From contig OY970340.1 of NCBI GenBank assembly GCA_963717465.1, positions 2,656,001 to 2,720,000 on the forward strand: a DNA stretch of 64,000 nucleotides, written 5' to 3'. Of this stretch, positions 19,596 to 28,609 are shown one piece after another. Positions within the stretch are counted from its first letter, which is position 1, and the number at the start of each line of letters is the position of its first letter. A model generated the notes under the pieces. That model had not been told where the DNA came from. It did no database searches and saw only the letters and a list, made by a program, of their open reading frames with translations. Origin of the DNA: Candidatus Bathyarchaeota archaeon (lineage in GTDB: Archaea > Thermoproteota > Bathyarchaeia > Bathyarchaeales > Bathycorpusculaceae). Both the position numbers and the translations under genes were made by a program.

Positions 19596-20252
19596 TCATT
19601 CAACTTGGAGCTGATTCGGGTTATGTTCAACTTGGAGCGATCCCTTTCTGCCGAGTTGCAGTTGTTTTTCTCCTCTATATGCTCTTATTCTAGCATTAGT
19701 GATTTGAACAGTGTCTCCGACAGATACAGATGCTATCTGCTCCCCCCAAAGGCTAAGCTTCACTGTTCCACTATTGTCTCCTATTAATGCATGGGCGACA
19801 ACCATGTTATTGCCGAAACGCGTATACACTGATTTTGGCTTTTGCAATTCTAAAACTTTAGCGCTAAGGCTAATCCTGTTCATTCCAACATTTAAATCGC
19901 TAACGACACAAGACTTGAAACTGTAAGCAGACCTCTTAGCCATGTACCTACGGATTCGATCACAATCCATAAACTTCCTAATCGGGTTAGCAGTCTCTAG
20001 AAGAAAGCCTTCACTGACTGCTATTTGCGCTACCACTCTTGAATTATTCATAAATAGGAATATCTTTCCATTTTTGCTCCTTCCGCGGCACTCAATTGAG
20101 AGACATTCACACATGACCTTCTCCTGTTCTTTAGTTGATGTTAAAATCTGGAACAATTTGTCAGGGTTAATACTATATTTTGTTGAGAGAACGGCGAGAT
20201 ACTCACCCTCTGGCACTCTTTTTTGCCTCAAATTCCGCTTTCCTTCTATCAT
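19596..20252 (-). CDS. OB-fold single-stranded nucleic acid-binding protein (SSB/RPA-like) with unknown N-terminal domain
   Basis: VSDL..GM....AKV.....TRFG....A.IGD.SG.VKLSLW...GD.V.I.NA....YRGE.QL. Confidence 0.85.
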   Translation of the reverse strand: MIEGKRNLRQKRVPEGEYLAVLSTKYSINPDKLFQILTSTKEQEKVMCECLSIECRGRSKNGKIFLFMNNSRVVAQIAVSEGFLLETANPIRKFMDCDRIRRYMAKRSAYSFKSCVVSDLNVGMNRISLSAKVLELQKPKSVYTRFGNNMVVAHALIGDNSGTVKLSLWGEQIASVSVGDTVQITNARIRAYRGEKQLQLGRKGSLQVEHNPNQLQVE

Positions 20253-20405
20253 TGCAAGAGCAATTTGGAAAACACTGACTATTAGCAGCGTTTATTTGCT
20301 TGGCTTCATTGAAGAATTCCAAGTAGTCCTAAATAAAAGGAGCCTGCTATATTAAACTAACAGGATTCCTTACCTTATTACCCATTCAATTTGGGATTTG
20401 AACAG

Positions 20406-20546
20406 TTATTTAACGCCCTTATGTCTGCCCATCTTATACTTGCCCATGCCGCAATCAAGGCATTTAACGATGTTTTCATCGGTTTCAATGTGAATGCCCC
20501 CACAATAGAAACATTTTTGCTGTAAATCACTATTTTCCTTTTTCAT
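20406..20546 (-). CDS. 46-aa zinc-ribbon microprotein
   Basis: MKKENSDLQQKCFYCGGIHIETDENIVKCLDCGMGKYKMGRHKGVK. Confidence 0.6.
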   Translation of the reverse strand: MKKENSDLQQKCFYCGGIHIETDENIVKCLDCGMGKYKMGRHKGVK

Positions 20547-20755
20547 AAGTTTAATGACTTCAATCAACTATTTAATGTAATTACCTAACAATGAATCTAT
20601 TTACAGAAAGCCTTTTTGATTCATGTTGCACTTAACATTAATATTTAAACTATTTCTGTTTGTTAATGACATTTTTTAGCAATCTTTTTATTGATTTTTT
20701 GCTTCTTTAAATTGCGCAAGTTTAAATTCATGCATGCTTACAAGTGAGTACTTAG

Positions 20756-21037
20756 ATGGTGGATATTTTGTCTCAAAAAACTTTTGGCAGAATAACTAAT
20801 TATAGGATTGGAATTAGGGCACAACAATCAAGAGAATGCTTAATTAAATTTGACAACATAGAATCTGCTTCTTTGGCTGGAAAGCTCGTTGGACAAAAGG
20901 TAATTTGGGTATGTGGCAAAAACAGATTTATCGGAAAAATCGTTAAACAACATGGAAGAAAAGGCACCGTTAGAGCAAAGTTTACGCATCCAGTTCCAGG
21001 TCAAGCAATAGGTACAGTTGTTGAATTAATAGGCTAA
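20756..21037 (+). CDS. rpl35ae: 50S ribosomal protein L35Ae (eL33)
   Basis: GRITNYRIG..Q....LI...A.KLVG.KV.W...GKI...HGRKG.VRAKF...PGQAIG. Confidence 0.9.
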   Translation: MVDILSQKTFGRITNYRIGIRAQQSRECLIKFDNIESASLAGKLVGQKVIWVCGKNRFIGKIVKQHGRKGTVRAKFTHPVPGQAIGTVVELIG

Positions 21038-21057
21038 TGTTCATAACTTGTTTCCAA

Positions 21058-21283
21058 TTATATCTTCGCCAAATACCATGCTTGCTTTTCACCATTTAGG
21101 TGGGTCGTGGCATCTGTTTTAATTCGCAGATCCATTTTTTTGGGGTTTCTGTTTTTTTTGGTTCTATGTTTATCTAAACATTCTTTACAATAAAACTGGT
21201 TTGCCCGCTGTGAGCTTAAAGGGGGACAATGGCAATTTTGCCACAATCATGCATTTTATTTCGGTTGAATTTTGTTGAGACAT
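21058..21283 (-). CDS. CxxC-x17-CxxC zinc-ribbon protein, frameshifted
   Basis: Reading across indels: MSQQNSTEIKC.DCGKIAIVPFKLTAGKPV.YCKEC. Confidence 0.6.
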
Positions 21284-21413
21284 TTAATTTTTTATTCTTG
21301 TTAATTTTTGGCTATGAAAGAAATAGCTTATTATTAGCTTAGAGTATATAGCTTTCAATTAACTTGGACTTTTGCATAATTAAATGAAAGCAAAGCCCTG
21401 CAATTTTAAATAA

Positions 21414-21959
21414 TTATGGTTTGTTTAGAGCTAAAGCCAAAATGAGATCATTTTTTAATAAGCCAACTAATCCCTGTTCGAAATGATTTTTCGCGTCTGA
21501 GGCAGCTGTCATTGTTTTGCAAAAGCCCTTCTTATTCTTTTCAGAACAATCAGGCGCATCCGGAGAAGTCTTTCCGCACTTTTTTTGGCATTGACTGTTT
21601 GCACAATCAATTATAGCTGAGTATAATTTTCCAATTTCAAACGGGGGCATATAAATGTCGGAAACATGCAGAATATTTTGTTTAACCATTTCGTTAATAG
21701 CGCCATCAGTAAACTTTTTGCTTATCAAAAACCCAAAATCATAACTATCCCGCTTAATCAATTCTTCCATATCCTTGACATCATTGGCGACAACGTATTC
21801 ACTATCTAAAGAATCCATTACTCGTAAAAGCACTTTTTTATTCAAACAATCTATTACAGAAATATCAGTGGAATATGCACTTTTTTCCTTTTTCGTAATT
21901 TTGTATCCATTTATTGCAATAATTAAATTTGTTTTGTTTTCTAAACCCAAAGTTTTCAC
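21414..21959 (-). CDS. Hypothetical protein, possible degenerate Mrr/restriction-endonuclease-like fold with Cys-rich tail
   Basis: GY.I...DI...K.VLL...V..DV..M...FLIS.KFT..A pattern; catalytic residues not evident. Confidence 0.5.
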   Translation of the reverse strand: MKTLGLENKTNLIIAINGYKITKKEKSAYSTDISVIDCLNKKVLLRVMDSLDSEYVVANDVKDMEELIKRDSYDFGFLISKKFTDGAINEMVKQNILHVSDIYMPPFEIGKLYSAIIDCANSQCQKKCGKTSPDAPDCSEKNKKGFCKTMTAASDAKNHFEQGLVGLLKNDLILALALNKP

Positions 21960-21974
21960 CTCTTTATTTAATTA

Positions 21975-22145
21975 TTATAATTCGCCAAGGTCATTTTCTT
22001 CAAAGACATAATCGTTTAAACGCAACTTTCCATGTTCCACTATTGCTTTGTATTGTGCTTCACAAACCGGGCAGGTTACCACTTGGTCATGTATCACGCC
22101 ATCTTTTACGAAGGTATTTCCACACTGGCCACATTTCAGAATAAT
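21975..22145 (-). CDS. LysW-like zinc-ribbon microprotein, non-canonical start
   Basis: IILKCGQCG...VVTCPVCEA...EENDLGEL; GAGGAGG RBS overlaps the aIF-1A stop; first codon ATT or CTG. Confidence 0.6.
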   Translation of the reverse strand: MILKCGQCGNTFVKDGVIHDQVVTCPVCEAQYKAIVEHGKLRLNDYVFEENDLGEL

Positions 22146-22159
22146 CTTCTTGGCCTCCT

Positions 22160-22465
22160 CTACATTATAAGGTAATTATGGCTTCTAAGCCAATCTGACT
22201 GGTTCTTTCTGTAACGCCAGAAAATGTCTCCTCTAGTTTCAGCCTGGAAATCCCACGGAGAAACTAAAACAATATCGCCCTCTCTAATCCAAACGCGCCT
22301 CTTTAATTTGCCTCTAACTCTGCATAATCTTTCTTTGCCATCCTGACACTTCACTAAAATCCTATCGGCGCCAAGCATTTTAGTTGCTATTCCTAGTATA
22401 TCATGTTGGGAAGGAAGAATCATATCATCCAAGTTGCCCTCATTTGTTACTTTTCTTTTACCCAT
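22160..22465 (-). CDS. eif1a: Translation initiation factor aIF-1A
   Basis: MLGADRILVKCQDGKERLCRVRGKLKRRVWIREGDIVLVSPWDFQ. Confidence 0.95.
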   Translation of the reverse strand: MGKRKVTNEGNLDDMILPSQHDILGIATKMLGADRILVKCQDGKERLCRVRGKLKRRVWIREGDIVLVSPWDFQAETRGDIFWRYRKNQSDWLRSHNYLIM

Positions 22466-22824
22466 TCTTTAAAACCACGTGCTATAGCTGATGCTATCAG
22501 AATAATCTAAAGAAAAAGCGAACGAATATCGCGTTGACTCTTCCTCTAAAGAACCCTAATGTCATTAAATAATGTTCTGCGAACTATATTAGTGTATATG
22601 CCAAAAAAGAACCGTTTTTGGCTTAAAATCTCGAAAATGAGTAATTATGCTTCTTTTTTGTAACTAAAGAAAGAATTCATCTTTATTTGGCAAAATAGCT
22701 TTTAAATACTTATTAGATAGGTTAACACCATTTAATATGAAGAGTTTCTCTTATCCTCTTGGATTTAGCTAATTGAATAATTGATTCTTTTCTTAAAACT
22801 AAGAATTTAGAGGAGGTAAAAGAT

Positions 22825-22965
22825 ATGTGTAAACTAAGAGCAGGTTTAGTTAAAAATTGCCGTAAATGTAAGTCATCGGTTCGACTTAATTGCACTTACA
22901 GAAAGAAAAGCGGTAAGAAGAGCTATGTTGATACTAGTAGAAAGAAAGAGTCTAAGTCACCATAG
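22825..22965 (+). CDS. 46-aa basic Cys-containing microprotein
   Basis: GAGGAGGT RBS; MCKLRAGLVKNCRKCKSSVRLNCTYRKKSGKK...; T-tract after the stop. Confidence 0.5.
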   Translation: MCKLRAGLVKNCRKCKSSVRLNCTYRKKSGKKSYVDTSRKKESKSP

Positions 22966-23129
22966 CATTAACTTTTTTTAATTGTTGTGCCATTTTGAGC
23001 AGACCTAGCCAAAAACGTTTTGAAAGGATAGAATGCAAAAGTTGTATGTACAAAGAGACCCCTTACTGCTGGAACCAATGCCCTTTTAATCTATGGAAAG
23101 CGCAATAGAATTTTTCCTCAGTCTATTTT

Positions 23130-23561
23130 TCAAGCTAATTTATTATTCAATACGTGTCCAAATTTTTTTGCATAACATTCGCTGCAAAAATATCTTTTGT
23201 GCTTCCTCATTTTGGCTGGTCGGAAGATTTTTTTACATTCATAACACTCAACGCTTCCTGCTTGTTTAGGGTCAAGAATCTTGAGCCTTCGCTCAATTTC
23301 GGTTTTAACTTCAGCATCCCTTTCGATTTTAAGTGCTTTATTCAACAATTCTATTGCACAGCCTAAGCTTTTGTCTCCAAAAATCTTCCCAAACGAATTT
23401 GCGCTTTTTCCCTTAACCAAATCAACTTTGGCAGGCAGTATGCAAACGAAATTCGAGGGGTAACTTGTAGACTTGTTATTATCTAAAACGGCAAAGCGAT
23501 AAATCGTAGGCTGGTGACGTTCTGTCGCTTCTCGCTTGAAGACTTTCACTGAATACTCCAT
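23130..23561 (-). CDS. Hypothetical protein with C-terminal Zn finger (CYEC...FCSEC)
   Basis: Paralogue of 18510-18869. Confidence 0.75.
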   Translation of the reverse strand: MEYSVKVFKREATERHQPTIYRFAVLDNNKSTSYPSNFVCILPAKVDLVKGKSANSFGKIFGDKSLGCAIELLNKALKIERDAEVKTEIERRLKILDPKQAGSVECYECKKIFRPAKMRKHKRYFCSECYAKKFGHVLNNKLA

Positions 23562-23964
23562 TTTATTACCACATAAAGAGGTTTAGAAATATAGAATCAA
23601 CCTAATATCTATATGCTAGAACTTTCTTTTTAAAGCAACTCTTTTGACTTAAAATTAGATAGCTCGCAGGTTAGCAATAGAGTGTATCGTTGCCTTTTAG
23701 AAGTCAGACTGATTCATGCCTAACCGCTAAGGTTGAATTGAAAAATTAAAACTTAGTTTAACTATTTACTAATATTTAACATTTCAGATTCAATTAAAAA
23801 CATGATCTCTTATTTTCAAAATTATATTTTAAAAAACTAAATTTATATTTTTTACTGGATTCAATTTTTTTGCTTTGCTTTTTATAGTTGATTCACATTA
23901 ATATCTCATAGTATTAGGCAAATAGTATTAGGCAAATTTTATCTTTATGAGGGGGTGAAGAAAT

Positions 23965-24069
23965 TTGGCAAATACAAGATGCGAACATTGTGGTGACTCA
24001 TATAACACTGAGGAAGAATTAAAAGATCACATTTTCAGGAAGCATAGTCTAAATGTAGCAAAAGCTTAA
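23965..24069 (+). CDS. 34-aa single C2H2 zinc-finger microprotein
   Basis: C-x2-C-x12-H-x4-H (CEHCGDSYNTEEELKDHIFRKH); GAGGGGGTGA RBS, TTG start. Confidence 0.7.
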   Translation: MANTRCEHCGDSYNTEEELKDHIFRKHSLNVAKA

Positions 24070-24503
24070 TTCCACGGAAATAAATGTACTATTATTGTTG
24101 GTTGTTAATCAAGCAATTTAACATTAAGAACTCATGCAGAATCTTCTTTTCTCTGCGTATCAAACGCCTTAATTTTAATCAAACATTATGCAATCAGATT
24201 AGATAAGGGCAAAATAAAATGCTATTCCTTCCAATTATTCAATTGCGCCATCAGCTTTTTTTGCAGATTAATGGTCTTAGTAACAATACTCTTGAAATAG
24301 AACTTGATTATTCAATTGGCAAATTGAAAATAATGATATATTTAAAAACAAGCGGCGCATACGCCATTGCGCTTACCCGTTATGAGCTTTTATAGTAATT
24401 TATTAGGATTTTGTTCTTTTATCCCTTCCACGCTTTCTGTTTTAATCAAATAAAAAAAGAAAAAAAGAATACATTAAACTTGTAAAAGTGTTAACTTATT
24501 AGT

Positions 24504-24647
24504 TTAATATCTTCTTGGCGGTCTTCGTTTTGAATAACATTCTCTGCAATAAACTGGCCTTGTGCCATCTGGCTTGAAAGGAACTTCGCATTCTTTTCCA
24601 CAGTCAGCACAGGTTGCCTTATGCATTTCTTTGTTTCCATATGACAT
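24504..24647 (-). CDS. CxxC-x17-CxxC zinc-ribbon protein, 47 aa
   Basis: MSYGNKEMHKATCADCGKECEVPFKPDGTRPVYCRECYSKRRPPRRY, the canonical family signature. Confidence 0.9.
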   Translation of the reverse strand: MSYGNKEMHKATCADCGKECEVPFKPDGTRPVYCRECYSKRRPPRRY

Positions 24648-24988
24648 TTCTTTTTTCACTTCCTATTTAACTAATTTAGCACGTCGCTAATTTGCAAATC
24701 ATTTGCGTGCATATTCGTTGCAAAAGCTATTATAAAATCTACCTATTGAAAACTAAAATTTGATCGTAAACAAGCCAAAAAACTCGTAAAGTACCATGTA
24801 TAAACACGTACAAAGGATAGGTCATATGAAAATTGAAGTTAAGGATACGAACCTTGTTTACGATTAAATTATGAGATCCCAAACCCAAACAGATCAGTGG
24901 ACTCCCTATATAGGGCTGATCGCTTTTGTTAAGTCGGTAAATATAAGCTTATTAGCAAATTTTTGCTCATTATCTTGCTGGTGAGCAA

Positions 24989-25774
24989 ATGGGTGTTGAA
25001 CAGGCTTTTGGGTCTGACGAGAAAGACTTCGCCATAACTGAAAAGAGCAACTTAGCGGTGCTATTCGATGCTGATAACACTTCAAAGGATTATGTTAAGG
25101 CAATACTTGACGCTTGCGCCCGTTATGGACGTGTGATAATCAAGCGATCATATGGTGATTGGACGTCACCGACCTTGCAAGGTTGGGCTTCAGTTTTCAG
25201 GGAATTCGCCATAAAACCGATTCAGCAGTTTAGGTTTACTGTAGGTAAGAATATCACTGATTCAGCCATGATAATCGACGCAATGGACATTCTTCATTCG
25301 AAGGATGCAGATTTATTTGTGCTCGTAAGTTCTGACAGTGATTTTACTGGTCTCGCAACTCGTATTCGTGAAGAAGGCTTGCGGGTCATAGGCGTTGGTC
25401 GCAGAATCACTCCTCCAGCGTTCGTCAATGCGTGTGATAAATTCTTGTTAATTGAAAATCTAATAGAGTCGACTACAACTGAAAAAGAGACGCCTCGGGA
25501 GAATCCCGAAGAAACTGCAAAGGAAACAAACATACAACCAACTAAGGAACAGGGAAGAGAACTCTTAATAAGAGCAATAAAAACCTCGCAAGATGAAAAT
25601 GGATTCGTGAAGGGGGCAGCATTAAATACTGCTCTAAGACGCCTGGACCCGGCATTCGACCCAAAATCTTATGGGACCTTCAAATTATCTCAATTCGTTA
25701 AATTGTATCCCGATGTTCTGGAGTTACAAGGAAAACGAGCGGCCACTGACCCCACCTACAAATCAAAAATATAA
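24989..25774 (+). CDS. NYN (LabA/DUF88, PIN-fold) ribonuclease with C-terminal OST-HTH/LOTUS domain
   Basis: AVLFDADN, YGDW, GKNITDSAMIIDAMD, SSDSDF and FDPKSYG..KLS motifs. Confidence 0.9.
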   Translation: MGVEQAFGSDEKDFAITEKSNLAVLFDADNTSKDYVKAILDACARYGRVIIKRSYGDWTSPTLQGWASVFREFAIKPIQQFRFTVGKNITDSAMIIDAMDILHSKDADLFVLVSSDSDFTGLATRIREEGLRVIGVGRRITPPAFVNACDKFLLIENLIESTTTEKETPRENPEETAKETNIQPTKEQGRELLIRAIKTSQDENGFVKGAALNTALRRLDPAFDPKSYGTFKLSQFVKLYPDVLELQGKRAATDPTYKSKI

Positions 25775-26780
25775 GGTATCCTTTGTAAAATCACTCGACC
25801 AATGCTCTTAGCAGCAAAAAAGTTTCTTTGAATTGTTAAACCTAAAACAAGGTATATCTATTTCGAGAAATAAGGTTGGATTAAATTTTGATGCTGCTGC
25901 GAATAAGGATCGACAAAGCATGTTTTAGTCTATAGCCAAGGTCTGGGAAAAGTAATTTCTCATGAGAACCTTTCTTCCAAATATTAAATATTTGTGATTT
26001 AATCAATTAAAAACTAAAAATAACCATTTTAAATTGAAATTAGAGGCAAACTCCTATATGTTAGGTGCCGTGCTTTGATTAGCAGCGATTGAATATGAAC
26101 CGTGAACAGTATAAAACTAAAAGGAAAGGGCAACCAAAACGAAATAGCGCGCTATCCAAAAGCCGTATGGCTTCAAAGGATAAAGATTCGACAGCCTATA
26201 CTACGCCAAAACTGCGTGAAATCTACTTCAGGCAAATTGAATGGGCAACCAAGATAATTCCCAAAATAAAAGAGAAGTAGAAGCGCCCAAACAAATTTTT
26301 TCATCATAATTATTTCCACTGCTAATTATAGGTTATTCACGATAATTTTCAAAGGATGCCTGCTTTTTTTAGTTACATCATCAATTAGATTTGATGTTTT
26401 AGTAAGAGTTAAACTCCAAGGCTTTTCATTTAAATTACTAACTTTGCCACTGAATGCAATAAAATCTTTCAGCAGCATATCAAGACTTTCATCTTTCAAA
26501 AAAGAGTAATTTCTTACACGCTTTGTTTTGAATCCTTCAAGGGAGGCTTGAAAGGAAAAAAGCATTTTTATTAATTCCCCAGTCAGTATTTCTACAAGGT
26601 TTCCATCGAACTTTGAAATCTTTAGACACGACGGCAGTTCGATACAAAAAACGTAAGAATTAGAAAATCGAAAACTACTAGTGTTGTATCTATTTAACTT
26701 TGATAAAAGCAATATTATTCACTATTAGCTAAATTTCACCAATATTATTTTTAATTGACCATTATTACATTATTACACAG

Positions 26781-26899
26781 TAGCTAGTTATTACAATTAG
26801 TGCTAAAGCTTAGCTTTTTAATTACTCTTTATCACTATAAATAGCTAGTTATTACATTAGGCTAGGCTTAGCTTTTTAATTACTCTTTATCACTATAAA
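26781..26899. repeat. About 60-bp imperfect tandem duplication in an AT-rich intergenic region
   Basis: tagctagttattaca...gcttagctttttaattactctttatcactataaa at 26781-26841 and 26842-26899. Confidence 0.9.
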
Positions 26900-26977
26900 T
26901 TACTGATACTATACTGTTAATATAGTAGTTTTATTAATATAGTATGTTAATGCATATAGTATTATAGTGTGAAATAA

Positions 26978-27280
26978 ATGTCCAAGTCAAAAAAACCTAT
27001 TAGTAAAAAAATAGTGGCAAAAGTGACTCCGGTAAAAGAAGTACCTGAAGGAAAAAAATTAATCAAAATTCCCGAATATGATGCAGTTTTCAATCAGGTT
27101 ATCGAAAGTCCCGAAAAGATGTTTAAGGTCGAAGTTGAGGGCAAGACCGTGAGATCAATGTACGCCCCGTTCTCATTCAGAGCTAAGTCATATAACAAGA
27201 AACCGGATAGAAAATTCGATTTAGCCCTAAGAATACGCAACAAAGAAGTATACATAATCAAAATAAATAAGAAGGAATAG
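26978..27280 (+). CDS. Small basic hypothetical protein, possibly DNA-binding
   Basis: 100-aa Lys-rich ORF after the AT-rich repeat tract. Confidence 0.6.
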   Translation: MSKSKKPISKKIVAKVTPVKEVPEGKKLIKIPEYDAVFNQVIESPEKMFKVEVEGKTVRSMYAPFSFRAKSYNKKPDRKFDLALRIRNKEVYIIKINKKE

Positions 27281-27394
27281 AATAAGCTATTTCACTTCAA
27301 TCGCACGTTAACAAGCCTCATAAAAGCACGTGCCATTTGTTCAAAGAATCATTGATTTATCGAAGATTAATCGAGGTGAAGAAGAATAAGAAAT

Positions 27395-27571
27395 ATGTTT
27401 GAAACTAAGTGTTCTAGTTGTGGCAAACTTGCTACTGTGCCTTTTAAACCTGCACAGGACAAGCCAGTTTATTGCAAGGCATGTTTTGATAAACAATCAA
27501 CTGCTAAATCAACAAGACCCTTAAACAGTTATAAATTAGAGCCAAAACAAGTATGGGCAAGACGAAGATAA
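27395..27571 (+). CDS. CxxC-x17-CxxC zinc-ribbon protein, 58 aa
   Basis: MFETKCSSCGKLATVPFKPAQDKPVYCKACFDK...KQVWARRR; GAGGTGA RBS. Confidence 0.85.
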   Translation: MFETKCSSCGKLATVPFKPAQDKPVYCKACFDKQSTAKSTRPLNSYKLEPKQVWARRR

Positions 27572-27621
27572 CCTAAGCTAAATTATTGATTTTCTATTAA
27601 TTTCTAAATTGAAGGTTTTGC

Positions 27622-27864
27622 ATGAAATTAGTGATAGGCTGGAGAACGGTAAGTAATCGTCGAGGATTTGTTAATGAAGTTACAGGTGAAACCCTAAAAG
27701 TTGTGAAAGCTGAATTTGGCGACCATTACCACCTGCTATTATTTACATCAGCTGGCGGGCAAACTGCTGAGGGAACGAAAGTCTCACCCGAGTTTGTCAC
27801 TGAATCTAAAGCTACCGACTACGCTATGGTTTGGATGGCAAAACACCCTAAGGGTACTATATAA
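27622..27864 (+). CDS. Hypothetical protein
   Basis: 80-aa ORF with normal composition, ends A..WM.KHP.G. Confidence 0.6.
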   Translation: MKLVIGWRTVSNRRGFVNEVTGETLKVVKAEFGDHYHLLLFTSAGGQTAEGTKVSPEFVTESKATDYAMVWMAKHPKGTI

Positions 27865-28142
27865 TTACTGGCTTTTCCAAATGTTAAGCGAGCATTGATT
27901 ATAACAGCAATATGTTTGTTTATACTTGTGACTTTTATAACTTAACGCGTACGCATAAGTATACTAGGTTAAAAACGCATATTATTTCATTTCAAGTCAA
28001 GAAGAGTGAAATAATATATTCATATTATAAGGGTAAAAGTGTAGTCAGAAGCGTTCACCCCTGCATATATATAGTGCTGTAACTTATTCTATCGTCTGTT
28101 GTTTGGATTTTTAAAAGAAAAACATTATGGGAATTATGGAAA

Positions 28143-28289
28143 ATGACGCATAAAAAGAAAATGAAGCAAAGAGGGAAAAAACTTTACCGAAATACCCACG
28201 GAACCATTTATAGAGTAAGAACCAAGAAGCCAAAACGCACCAATCGGCCACTGAAAAAACAAGTTTCCAAGATAGCAAGTGTCGCCTGA
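28143..28289 (+). CDS. 48-aa highly basic microprotein
   Basis: MTHKKKMKQRGKKLYRNTHGTIYRVRTKKPKR... Confidence 0.4.
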   Translation: MTHKKKMKQRGKKLYRNTHGTIYRVRTKKPKRTNRPLKKQVSKIASVA

Positions 28290-28351
28290 ATCTAATCAAG
28301 ACCACTATATGGTTTAAGTAACTGCGAAGAAAAGACAAGTAATTGGTTACA

Positions 28352-28504
28352 CTAGAACCTTGTCAGATAAATCGGTTCGTCCGATGTAGAAGATAAAAGT
28401 TCTCGATAAACTTTCATGGCTTGTTCCCGCTTTTCGCCGACTAAGTTAAGAAGTTCCTTTTCAAGGATTCTAATTTCAATTGCTTTTGTTTCTTCGAGTT
28501 TCAT
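28352..28504 (-). CDS. Small helical hypothetical protein
   Basis: MKLEETKAIEIRILEKELL... after GAGGT RBS. Confidence 0.5.
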   Translation of the reverse strand: MKLEETKAIEIRILEKELLNLVGEKREQAMKVYRELLSSTSDEPIYLTRF

Positions 28505-28609
28505 TTTAATAACCTCATGGCTAATCGAGTAGGATGCCAAAAGACAAACCGTTCAGCCTTTTATCAGGCTCTACCTAATAAGTACGATATCTGCGTCCCC
28601 TATAAAGGT

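Noticed and set aside
26089..26712. ORFs 26089-26280 (+) and 26326-26712 (-)
   Set aside because: They may be real or decayed genes, but have no motif or clear RBS, so no call is supported.
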